NCBI GenBank assembly: GCA_038231295.1
Contig: JBBRLP010000009.1
Coordinates: forward strand, 1 to 64,000
DNA: 64,000 nucleotides
Reading direction: 5' to 3'
Source: Chthonomonadales bacterium
GTDB taxonomy: Bacteria > Armatimonadota > Chthonomonadetes > Chthonomonadales > Chthonomonadaceae
Translations under genes and position numbers: made by a program
Part shown: piece by piece, positions 25,342-35,400 of the stretch
Layout of the letters: each line of letters starts with the position of its first letter
Numbering within the stretch: the stretch's first letter is position 1
Notes under the pieces: model-generated
What the model was told of the DNA's origin: nothing
Seen by the model: only the letters and a program-made list of their open reading frames with translations
Database searches by the model: none

Positions 25342-27167
25342 CGCTCCCCGGCTCCCACCACTGCCTCCTGCGTCTGTTCCTCTTCCCGCAAGGGATTACG
25401 CAGCAAGCCGTGCAGGTCGGCGTAGCGGCCATCGGTCAGCAGGAGTTCCGCGTGGGTGCCGCTCTCCACGACTTCGCCGCCGTCCAGCACCACAATCTGA
25501 TCGGCGCTCTGGATGGTGGTGAGACGATGTGCGATAACAAGGGTGGTACGGCCCCGCATGAGGCGTTCGAGGGCCTCCCTCACCAGCATCTCGGAGCGCG
25601 TATCGAGGGCGGAGGTGGCTTCGTCCAGGATCAGCAGACGTGGGTCTTTGAGGACGGCGCGGGCGATGGCGACCCGCTGCCGCTGCCCGCCGGAGAGCGT
25701 GATGCCGCGCTCTCCGAGAATAGTGTCATAGCCTTTTTCAAGGGGCAGAATGAACTCCTCGACGTTGGCGGCACGGGCGGCGGCTTCGATCTCGGCGTCT
25801 ATCGCGGTCAGTTTGCCATAGCGGATATTGTCGCGAATAGTGCCGTTGAACAGAATCGGCTCCTGCGGGACGATGCCGATATGCTCCCGCAGTTCTTGCC
25901 GCCGGATGGCCGTAATAGGAACGCCGTCAATCGTAATGCGCCCCGATTGCGGCTCATAGAAGCGGTAGAGCAGCATGGCGAGCGTGGTCTTTCCGGCCCC
26001 GCTCGCCCCGACACAGGCCGTGACTTTACCGGCGGGAAGTTCCAGACTCAGACCTCGTAAGACCGGCGCTTCCGGCGTATAGGCGAAAGCGACGCTCTCA
26101 AAAACGACGTTCCCGGCAGCGTCGGGGAACGGGCCAGCATCCGGCGTGTCTGCCGGTTCCAGCGCGTCGTCGAGGAGGGCGAACAGTCGGTCGGAGGCTC
26201 CCATCGCCCGCTGCAAACGCGAAAACTGAATGGCGATGGAACTCATGGGGCCGCTGATGATGGTGACGGTCATCAGGAAGGCGAGGAGAGACCCGGCGGA
26301 GAGCGAGCCGTTCATCACGCTGCGCCCGCCGTACCAGACGACGCCGAGCAGGACGAGGATGAAACCGGCGAAGGCAATGGTCCCGAACGCGCCCTCCAGC
26401 CGACTGCTTTTCATGCTGAGACGGAAGACGGTATCGAGTTTCTCCCCGGTGCGGTTATCTTCGTGGGCCTCGCGGGCGAAGGCTTTGACCAGCCGGATAT
26501 TGGAGAGGGCCTCATTGATGCCGCCCATCGCGTCCGAGAGGGCATCGAGGGAGGCGCGGGTCATCTTCCGCAGCCGACGGCCCATCACCATGAACATCCC
26601 AACGACGCAGGCGAGCAGACCTACCACCACAACCGTCAGCCGCCAGTCTATGACGACGGCCAGCGCGATCCCGCCGAACAGTGTGACGAGGTTGCCTGCC
26701 AGCCGCACGAGGTCTTCCGTAAGCGTCTGCTGTAAGAGGCTGACATCGTTGGAGAGGAGCGAGGTGAGGTCACCGGAGCGCGTCCGGTCGAAGAAGGCGA
26801 CGGGGAGGCGCTGGAGATGCGCGAACAGCTTCGCCCGCATCTCCTGCACGATCCGGTTGCCCGCGTAAGCCACGACAAGGTACTGCGCGTATCCGAAGAT
26901 CGAGCCGATGACCACCAGGCCGACCAGCAGCAGCGCCAGCCGATCCAGCGTCCCGACGTTATGGGTCTGCAAGACCCGATCCAGTGCGTTCCGCGCCACC
27001 AGCGGCAGCGACAGCGAAATCCCCGTCGAAACGAGCATCAACGCCCCGGCCAGCAGCAGCCTTCCCCGATGCGGCAGAGCCAGTCGCAACAGCCGCCGCA
27101 GAGCCGAGACCGAGATACGTCCTCGCGTCTCCGGCGAGGTAGAGAGGACAGAAGTTTGTTGTTCCAT
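25338..27167 (-). CDS. ABC transporter, fused permease/ATP-binding exporter (MsbA/ABCB-like)
   Basis: 609 aa with six predicted N-terminal TM helices. The C-terminal ABC domain carries Walker A (GASGAGKTT), the signature LSGGQRQRVAIARAV, Walker B (LILDEATSALD) and an H-loop. Confidence 0.9.
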   Translation of the reverse strand: MEQQTSVLSTSPETRGRISVSALRRLLRLALPHRGRLLLAGALMLVSTGISLSLPLVARNALDRVLQTHNVGTLDRLALLLVGLVVIGSIFGYAQYLVVAYAGNRIVQEMRAKLFAHLQRLPVAFFDRTRSGDLTSLLSNDVSLLQQTLTEDLVRLAGNLVTLFGGIALAVVIDWRLTVVVVGLLACVVGMFMVMGRRLRKMTRASLDALSDAMGGINEALSNIRLVKAFAREAHEDNRTGEKLDTVFRLSMKSSRLEGAFGTIAFAGFILVLLGVVWYGGRSVMNGSLSAGSLLAFLMTVTIISGPMSSIAIQFSRLQRAMGASDRLFALLDDALEPADTPDAGPFPDAAGNVVFESVAFAYTPEAPVLRGLSLELPAGKVTACVGASGAGKTTLAMLLYRFYEPQSGRITIDGVPITAIRRQELREHIGIVPQEPILFNGTIRDNIRYGKLTAIDAEIEAAARAANVEEFILPLEKGYDTILGERGITLSGGQRQRVAIARAVLKDPRLLILDEATSALDTRSEMLVREALERLMRGRTTLVIAHRLTTIQSADQIVVLDGGEVVESGTHAELLLTDGRYADLHGLLRNPLREEEQTQEAVVGAGER

Positions 27168-27216
27168 ACCTCTCTCTTACGTTTTCCGCGTCCTCCGCTA
27201 CGCCTGCCGCAGCGAG

Positions 27217-28008
27217 TTAGAAACTGCTTTTGATGCTGGGCGTAGCGGCAACGGGCGGGAAAACCTGTTTGCTGACGGCGTAGGTCAGGACACCGAGGGT
27301 CGCGCCGCGCTTTGCGCCCTGATGACACTTCAGACAGGAGTCCTTCATCGCCCGCACGGGCCGCATGACGACCAGCCAGTCCTTCGACGCCTGCTCGACA
27401 TCCTGGCCTTTGAGCAGTTTCGGCAGCGCTTTCTGTGAGGCCAGCGCCATTTCCCGATACAGAGCAACTTCCGGGTTCACGGCATCCGGGGCTTTCGTTG
27501 CGAACATATGGCGCAGATTGCCCTGGATCGCAGAGATGAATTCCGCCGGTTCCCGATTGCCTTCGCCCTTGCCGTCCGCTCCGCCGAACGTTCCGGCTCT
27601 GTGAGTTGCAGGAACCGCTCCACCCGGTTTCAGACTGCCCGGCACATGAGTACAGTGAAAAAATCCGATGACGAAATCCCGGTTCGAGTCGGTCGCCTCT
27701 TTATACAGCGCCTGCTCTTTTGGATTGCTCAGGTACATGTGGCCCATGGCCAGATGCCCGCCTGCGGTCGGGAACATTCGGCTCATTCCGAAATTCTTCA
27801 TATCGTCCTGAAAACGGGGCTGCGTGATGCAGTCCAGTACGAGGGCGACTTTCAGAGGCGTATCGGGCTTGCTGACGGACTGGCTGCGCGAAGGCAGCCA
27901 GGCTGTGACCAACAGCAGCGCCGCGCCGCTCACCGCCGCCGCGCTCAAAGTTTTCGGGGAAAGGGTTCGCATCTTCATTCTTGTCTTCCTGGCGTTCAGA
28001 AACGCCAC
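27217..28008 (-). CDS. Secreted DUF3365/Tll0287-like protein with CXXCH heme-binding motif
   Basis: 263-aa ORF. The likely true start is the internal MKMRTL (about 27978), giving the signal peptide LSAAAVSGAALLLVTAWL. A C-terminal CLKCH (CXXCH) motif is present. Family assignment is from memory of DUF3365 architecture. Confidence 0.5.
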   Translation of the reverse strand: MAFLNARKTRMKMRTLSPKTLSAAAVSGAALLLVTAWLPSRSQSVSKPDTPLKVALVLDCITQPRFQDDMKNFGMSRMFPTAGGHLAMGHMYLSNPKEQALYKEATDSNRDFVIGFFHCTHVPGSLKPGGAVPATHRAGTFGGADGKGEGNREPAEFISAIQGNLRHMFATKAPDAVNPEVALYREMALASQKALPKLLKGQDVEQASKDWLVVMRPVRAMKDSCLKCHQGAKRGATLGVLTYAVSKQVFPPVAATPSIKSSF

Positions 28009-28126
28009 ATGCAGTCAGGGTCGAAACCAGCAACCTGCTATTTCGCGCCTGACCGCATGAGTCCTGCGTTGTTATGCGATTGTTAGACGAAACAGCCACC
28101 GTAGAGGTAACTGTGTGCGGACAGTT

Positions 28127-29320
28127 TTACTGACCGGGCATCTGCATTCCCATCGGAGGGGCAGGCCGTTCCAGTTTGTTCACGACCGCGTACTTCTTCA
28201 TCAGGTCGCGCAGATAGACCTGCATCTGCCCCGACTCGAAGTTGTCGAGGTACTGCTGCCGCTCGTCCTCGGGAATACCACTGCCTCGCTGCTCCAGTTG
28301 GATCAGGTGGTAGCCGAACTGAGACTTCACCGGCTTGCTGATCTCACCCGGTTTCAACTGATAAGCCGCCGTCTCGAACTCCTTGACGAAGACGCTCCGC
28401 ATCTGCACACCGAGTTCGCCGCCCATCTCTTTTGAGCCTTCGTCCTCGCTGCTCTCTTTCGCCGCCTGCTCGAAGGTCTTCTTCTTGCCTTCGATGTCCG
28501 CCGCGATCTGGTTCAGCTTCACGAGGGCCGCATCATCCGCTTTCTTGATATCCGCCGGACTCTGACCCGGCAGCGCCGCCGGAACTTTGATGAGGATATG
28601 ACGGGCCTTGAAGAAATCGTCCGCCGTGAGTTTGTGACCGAGGCGTTTCTCGATAAAATCCTTCTGCATCAGCGAGAAAAGCTTGGCCTGCACCAGGAAG
28701 TTCTTCCGCAGTGTGTCTCGTGTGACGTTGTTCTGCTGAAGGAACTGCGTGTCGGTGACGCCCTGGGGAATCTGGCCCCGCGTCCGCAGCATCTTGAGGA
28801 ACTGGTCAATCCGCTTGTCCACCTGCGCGGTCGTGACCTCGACGCCCTGTTTCTTCACTTCGCGGTCTACGGCCTCGAACTCCAGCATCGTCCGTAGCGT
28901 ATTGCCGAGCAGCGCCGGATTCTTCTCACGCAGCAGGCCAAGCACTTTGGTCTTCGTCACTGTGTAGCTGCTCTGACCGGTGGGGCCGAACAGCGCCGCC
29001 GCGCCTTCCAGGCCGATTAACTGCGCGACCGTCTGATTGAAACCGGCCGCATTCTCCTTCTGCACTTTCGCGATCACATCGCCGAAGGTGAATTTCTTGT
29101 TGCCAATCGTCCCGACGACCTCCGACACTCCCGCGCCCGCCTTTGCCGAAGCGCTCCCTGTCTTCGCAGGGGCGGACGCCGTCTTCTTTACCGGCTTCAC
29201 TCCCTGCGCCTGCGCCGGAAGCAGCACCATCGTTCCCCAGACGGCTGCCAGCAGAGCCGCCCCGTATCCTATCTTCAAAGAAAACTCCTTTCGAATGCCA
29301 CGCTCTCTCAGAACGTTCAT
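28127..29320 (-). CDS. Parvulin-type peptidyl-prolyl cis-trans isomerase (SurA/PrsA-like periplasmic chaperone)
   Basis: 397 aa with a signal peptide (IGYGAALLAAVWGTMVLLPAQA). It has an N-terminal SurA-like chaperone region. The C-terminal PpiC domain reads FKARHILIKV...GGELGVQMRSVFVKEFETAAYQLKPGEISKPVKSQFGYHLIQL. Confidence 0.75.
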   Translation of the reverse strand: MNVLRERGIRKEFSLKIGYGAALLAAVWGTMVLLPAQAQGVKPVKKTASAPAKTGSASAKAGAGVSEVVGTIGNKKFTFGDVIAKVQKENAAGFNQTVAQLIGLEGAAALFGPTGQSSYTVTKTKVLGLLREKNPALLGNTLRTMLEFEAVDREVKKQGVEVTTAQVDKRIDQFLKMLRTRGQIPQGVTDTQFLQQNNVTRDTLRKNFLVQAKLFSLMQKDFIEKRLGHKLTADDFFKARHILIKVPAALPGQSPADIKKADDAALVKLNQIAADIEGKKKTFEQAAKESSEDEGSKEMGGELGVQMRSVFVKEFETAAYQLKPGEISKPVKSQFGYHLIQLEQRGSGIPEDERQQYLDNFESGQMQVYLRDLMKKYAVVNKLERPAPPMGMQMPGQ

Positions 29321-29437
29321 CCTGTCCCGTGTCTGTTATGGTCTGCGCTTACGCGCACTCGTTTCCGAATCACGCCCGAACTATTATATCGCAAAACGCC
29401 TGGGATTGCTTACCGCTCGGCCGAAACCAGGTTCAGA

Positions 29438-29476
29438 CAAATGCCAACGCTCCCCGATGGAGGGCGTTGGCATTTG
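29438..29476. other. Perfect 13-bp hairpin between the giant beta-propeller gene and the PPIase gene
   Basis: caaatgccaacgc (29438-29450) pairs with gcgttggcatttg (29464-29476) around a 13-nt loop. It lies 18 nt after the stop of the 29494..37764 gene. On the minus strand the stem ends ...GGCATTTG followed by TCTG, a partial U-tract. Possible attenuator or terminator. Confidence 0.45.
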
Positions 29477-29493
29477 CACTGGAGAGGGCTTCC

Positions 29494-32400
29494 TTACCGC
29501 TGATTGCTGGCCGTCGGGTAGAGCTGCGGCGCGATGGTCTCGAAGTAGAGATCGGTCGAACCGGCGCGGGTGCTGCTCCAGAAGATCCAGACCTTGTCCA
29601 GGAACGGGTCTTTGAAGGCGGAGACCTGCCCTTCGCTCACCGCCGAGTCGGTGGGCAGCGCCACCTCCGGCGTCGTCTGATCGCCCTGCTGCGCCGAGGT
29701 GCTGATCTCGTCGCCCCAGGCCACCTGATACTTCAGGCTTCCGGAGTTACCCGTGTTCCCGGAGGTCGGGTCGTAGTAGGTGTAGCTCACGGTGATGGAA
29801 CTGTTCTCGTCCGCCTCGGTGAAGTATATCCGTCCGCGCACCCAGTCTATCTCGTAGGGGCCGACGTTTCCGCCCACCGTGACCGGCGTCATCTGCTGCG
29901 TCCCATTGCCCTGCACCGCACCCAGTTTGACCGGGAACGGCAGCTTGACCATGAGCCGCATCGCCTTGTAGTAGATCGTGGATTTGGCGACACCGCTCGG
30001 ATCGTTCTTGCGGTAGAAAACCCACATCCGGTCTAAGGTCGGCGTTCCGCCGAACACCACCTGCGGCGACACCAACTGCGCCCTGGGATTCAGGCCCCGG
30101 TCGAAGAGGACGACCGGACTGGTGTTGTTACCCGAGGACGTAATGGCGGCGGTCGGACGCAGGGACGGCGCGTTCGGCAGGTTGCCGAAGTTGGCGAGAG
30201 ACGTCCGGTCTATGTTCGAGTCGTCCCGCGACGTATTCAGCCGCATTATGAACGGAATGTAGCTTACCTGGATGCGGTCGGCCAGCGCCGGAGCCACCTG
30301 CGGGAAGCGGATGGTGCCGGAGCGCGAATCTACCGTGATCTGTCCTCCCAGGGCGGAGTCGAAGTAGATAAGGCCCGATGCCTGGTCGTAGCGGCCACGC
30401 TGCGGCAGGTTCGGCATCCCCGGCTGCGCGTTGATGAGAACCGGATTGTTTGCCAGTCCGCCCTGGATCAGGAAGATTTTGATCTGGCTGCCGGGGTCTG
30501 TCGTCGGGTCTTGCAGCAGGCCCTCCGGCCCGGTGCCGAGTTCCCAGGCCGCGTCGCGTCCCTGGTAGGTGTTGCTGCTGCCCAGGCGCGTCAGGACTTC
30601 GCCGACGACCGGCTTGATCGGCAGGATGGTCAGAGTGCCTACCGGCGGGTCGCCTGCCTTCGCCGGGGCAACCCGGTTGATCTTATAGCGGCAGAGCAGG
30701 GTCTCGACCGTCTGACGGCCTTTGAGAACGCCCGTATACACCACGTCAATCACGTCCAGCACCTGGTTCGACCCGTAGGGGTCGGGAATATGGCGATAGA
30801 CGGGCGCGGGATCGCTCTGCCATACCAGCGCTCCCGGCATCGGTAGTTTGAGGTCGCCGAGCGGGTTGCCAGCAGCGTCCAGCAGCCACTTGCTGGTTCC
30901 GTCGAACGGCGTGTTCAGCGCCGTGCTGCCAAGCGCGTTATAGTAGATCGAAGCGTTCGACTGGTTGCCTGCGTGCCAGAAGACATACAGGAACTTCTGC
31001 GCGGGCGCTCCATTGGCGGCAGGCAGTTTGACAAGCAGTGGTCGGGGCGCGAGTTTGGTCAGGCCCGGATCGTTCGGCATGGCGTTGATGTTGCCGGTCG
31101 GGACGCCCGGCGCCGCGCCGCCATTCAGACTTGTCCAGGAGACACGCGAGTCACGCGCTTGCTGCTGTCCACCGGCGGAGGCGACGAGTTTGTCCACCTG
31201 TCCCTGCCAGAAGAGATAGGCTTCGTTGTCGTTGGGGTTCGGGGAGCCGTAGCCGCCGGAGAAGTCCACTGAGGACGCTACCGCCGGATGCGACAGCCGC
31301 ATCGTGTCCACATTCGCCGGTCCCGCGAGGAAGGGCGAGGCGCCCGAAGTCGAGGGGAACAGGCTGGTGATGTTCGCATTGGTATACAACTGCACGACCG
31401 GCACCGACCACCAACTGGAGATTTTGGGCAGTGGCTGACCGTTGGCGAAATCGAAGTCGCCAATGACGATGCCGGTGCCGCCGACCGCGCTGTAGGGAGC
31501 CGAGACATTGCTGTACGCGAGCTGGTAGGGAGCATACGCCTTGAGCAGGCCGGTCGTCGGGTCTATGTAGCCATCCACACCCTGTCGGCGGTTGGTAGAC
31601 CAGTACATGAACAGGTTGCGGTTGAAGACGTTCCCGCCCGTTCCGGGGGCCATGAAGACCGCCGGGAAGGTGTCTGAACCGGGAGGCGTCGGCAGTTCGG
31701 GATGCAACGGGTCGGCCCAGGAGCCAGGCACGTCGAGCATGGGCAGGTCACCGGAAGTGACGCCCCGGCTCAGTTTCGCTTCTCGCACGGTTGCCTTCAG
31801 GATGAACGTCGGGTCGGTGTGCGCCTCGGAGGGCGTTCCGGCCTGTGTGATGTTCAGGACACCGTCATGGCTGGCCGGGAAGTTTGAAGTCGTTCCGGCG
31901 ACGGTCGGATAGTTGCTCAGCCACTCCTGCCATTGCAGGGGCGTGTTGTCCTCATAGGTGTAGATGGGAGCCGAGTAGGTTCCGACCGGAGTTCCGAGCG
32001 GAATCGCCACGCCGATGCGCGGCCGCTGGAAATCCGCCGCGAACAGGGTTCCGGGTACGACAGTGGCGCTGTAGGGCTTATCCGGGATCGTTGAGGAGCG
32101 GCCCTGCGTGTCGCCGACGTGCGGCTTGCCGATGGTCGGCTGCGGCTGTATCTGGTCCTTCCAGCCGAAGATGCCGTTCGCCAGATCGTCTACCGTCGGA
32201 AGCAAGGCTCCGAACTGATTGGCGTTGTCAATATCGGCCTGCACGACGAACGGGTTGTTCAGCGGCCACAGCGCCCGCTCCGAGAACAGGGAGGTCGTCG
32301 GATTGCTGGAACTGCTGATATGGTCGTAGGACGAGATGACGCCGATGTTTCCGACTCCGGGCTGGCCCGAAACGTTCTTGAACGGCAGGGCGAACAGCGG

Positions 32401-35400
32401 CGCGATGGACTGGTTGTTCACCTGGTCGCTGTACATCTTCACTGTCGTCGCGAACGAGCCGTTTTCGACGCCGACCGTCGGGTCGGTGAAGGGCGAGAGA
32501 GCGCGTCCGGTGATCTGCGCCCGGTTCTGGCCGAGCAGTTTCGCCACGCGCACATCCACCAGGTTGACGTTGCTCTCATTGTAGACGGTGAAGGGCCGGA
32601 AGAACTCGCCCTGAAGCGTCGGGTCGTCCCAGATGAACGGCCCCGGCAGGCCCGGTGACATATCCGGTGCGAACGGCACCTGGAAGGAGCGCGGCTGGCT
32701 GTTATTGGTCAGCGGCGTGTAGCCCGTGCCGTGCGGCAGTTTGCCCACGTCCAGCGTCGTCTCCGCGACCCGCATCTTGACGCCCGGTGGCACCGAGACG
32801 CCGACTTCGAGAGCGCGGTACGCCTCGTTCACCCCGGCATTGCTGCCGTAGCGAGCCGCCTGGAAGAAGTTGGTCGGATTGTAGCCGCCTGCCGGTCGGG
32901 GCAGGTCGGGCGGAATGACCCGGATGACCACCGCCGAGACGTAGCCTGCGGCGGGATAGGAGAGCGCGTTGCCCAGCGGCGTCGGCTGCCCGTTCGAGGT
33001 CTGGAGCGGCCCCAGAACCGTCTTATCGTAGTTCTGCGTCACGGTCGGATCGGACGGGTTGCCGCGATTGACCCCCGACATATCCAGGAAGGAGGAGCCG
33101 AACGTCACGCCGTTGAAGGTACGGAGACCGTAGTTGATGTTGGCGGGCTGGAAGCGCGGCACATTGACCGCCATCGTAAACGGCGTCGCCACCAACTGAC
33201 GGGTTCCCGCGATGGCGTCGCTGCCGTTGAACTGGTAGTTCGGCAGTTTCAGTTGAACCGAGCCGCCAATCGCATCCTCATCGCCCTGCGTCTTGCGGAC
33301 GGTGAATGCGGAGGTCGGAATACTCGGGTAGTCCAGGGTATCCTGGGCATCCGTCGGCAGTTGTTCCCAGGGCAGTGGGTTCATGACGGCGGAGCCGGTC
33401 GCGGTCGGGTTCTGGGACGGCGACCAGCCGTGCCAGCCGAGTTTGCGCGTCAGCACCTGAATCTGGAGCGGCTTGCGGCGCAGTCCCCACATATTACTGC
33501 GGTCTACGATATAGAACGCATCCTGTCGGTTGCCTGCGTTGTCCACGCCCCCATACGTCGAGGTGGAACCGTCCGGCACCATCGGCAGCGGCGCGAAGAG
33601 CGACTTGACCGCAGAGTTCGTCGTCACCACGCCCGGAATGACCTGTCGGTTGCCGTTGCCAAGCAGTTCCCCGACGTTGGCGGGTTTGATGGTCAGCGCA
33701 TTCTGCACACTGCCATAGAGACCGACAACGTTCAGGTTGCCCTTGCCCGTCATGTCCGAGTTCAGCGGAATAGTGAGGTCCGGGTTCAGCGGCGAAATGC
33801 TGCGGGTCGTGACCGCGATCGGGTTCGTGATCGAGTAGGCACGTGCGATGCCGAGGATATTCGTCTGGGAGGGCGGCGTCTGGAACGCCGCAATCAGTCC
33901 GGTATAGTCGTGCTGGCCGATGGCATAGGTGGGCGTTCCCGCCGACTGATTGGGGAACGGGGTTGTCGTCATCGTCGCCGGGTCGTAACCCTCAAGGTCC
34001 TGATAGATCTCGGCATGGGCCGTAATACGGTAGCCGCGCACTCCCGGCAGGAAGTTGGCGATGGTGCCGTTGTCCGTCGGCGCTCCCGGATAGATCGGGA
34101 AGGCATGGGAGAAGACCCAGGGATAGACGTTCTTGTCGCGTCCCTGCAGAAGCTGCGCCGCCGGGTTGCCCATGTTCGGGTCTATGCCGAATATCTGGAG
34201 CGTATCGTGTTCGCCGTTGTTGATGGCGACGTCGTCGGGCCAGAGTTCGCCTGCGGCGGCGTGCAGCGCTTTTGTCTGCGGGAAGATGTCCGCCGCATAG
34301 CTGGTCGAAGCGCCGCCGGGCTGCGAGATGGTAAAGGTGACATGGATGCGCGGTGGGCCGGTGCCATGCAGGGGCTTGGTCTTGTCGTCCGTCGGCTGCG
34401 CGTGGTAGACGCCTGCCGCTGAGACATAGAGCATATCCCCCCAGTCGGAACCGTATTCGGTATTGCCGGCAATCAGGTTGCCGGGGTCGGGCAGAACGGA
34501 CTTGGTATACCCACCGCCTGCGTTCTTGCGGTTGGGCGTATTGGTTCCCGCAACGATCTTGTTGTAGCTGTCCTGGCGATAGATGTCGAAGACGCGCAGG
34601 TCAATACTGAGGTTGCCCGCGCCGAGTGCGATCTCCGCCGGTTCGCCGCCGTTGTTCGGTCCCAGCGTATTGCCCAGACCGTTCAGCCCGACTCCGACAC
34701 CGTAGGCGCGGAGCTGGCCGCCCTCGTCGCCTTCGACGATCATACCGGAAGCGAGAGACGCCGACGCGATCCGGTTCGCATTGACCTCATGGTGATGCCA
34801 TATCTCAGAAAGCAGGGTATCCGTGCCAAACGTGCCGGGCTGTGTCGTATCGGGCCGTGCGGTAAGGCCCCAGATTGCGCCATCGTCGTCGGCGAAGACA
34901 AGAGCGGGCTGCGGGTTGATGGTATCTACCGATTCGCCCGGCAGGCCGGTCAGCAGGGTCGCGATGGGGCTGGCGCTGGTGTTCGCGCCGCTGAGAGTGA
35001 TGCCGGAAGCGATGAGTTTACCATTGAAGGCGTTCAGGCCGATGAGTATGCTGTTGCCTTCGAGGACGTAGCAGAAGTCATTGGTGACCGCCGGACTGGA
35101 CGGAATGACGGGTGCAGCGTTCAGCGTCGCCTGACTCATCAGCACGGGAGCCGTGCCATTGAAGCCCGGATCTAGCGCGACAGTCGCGTCGTTCGCGGGG
35201 TCAGCATTCGGTGGGGTCGGCGTATTCGGGAAGACCCATTTCAGCGTATTGGTGGTCGGCGCGGTCGGACTGACGACTGCCGGAACCTCCTGCACCGCGT
35301 AGACGCGGCCTTCACAGGTGAAATAGAGGTAGGGGAAACCCGCACCGGCAGGCTGGAAGATCGCCGCCGTGCTGATCGCACCGCCAAGACCGGTATTGCC

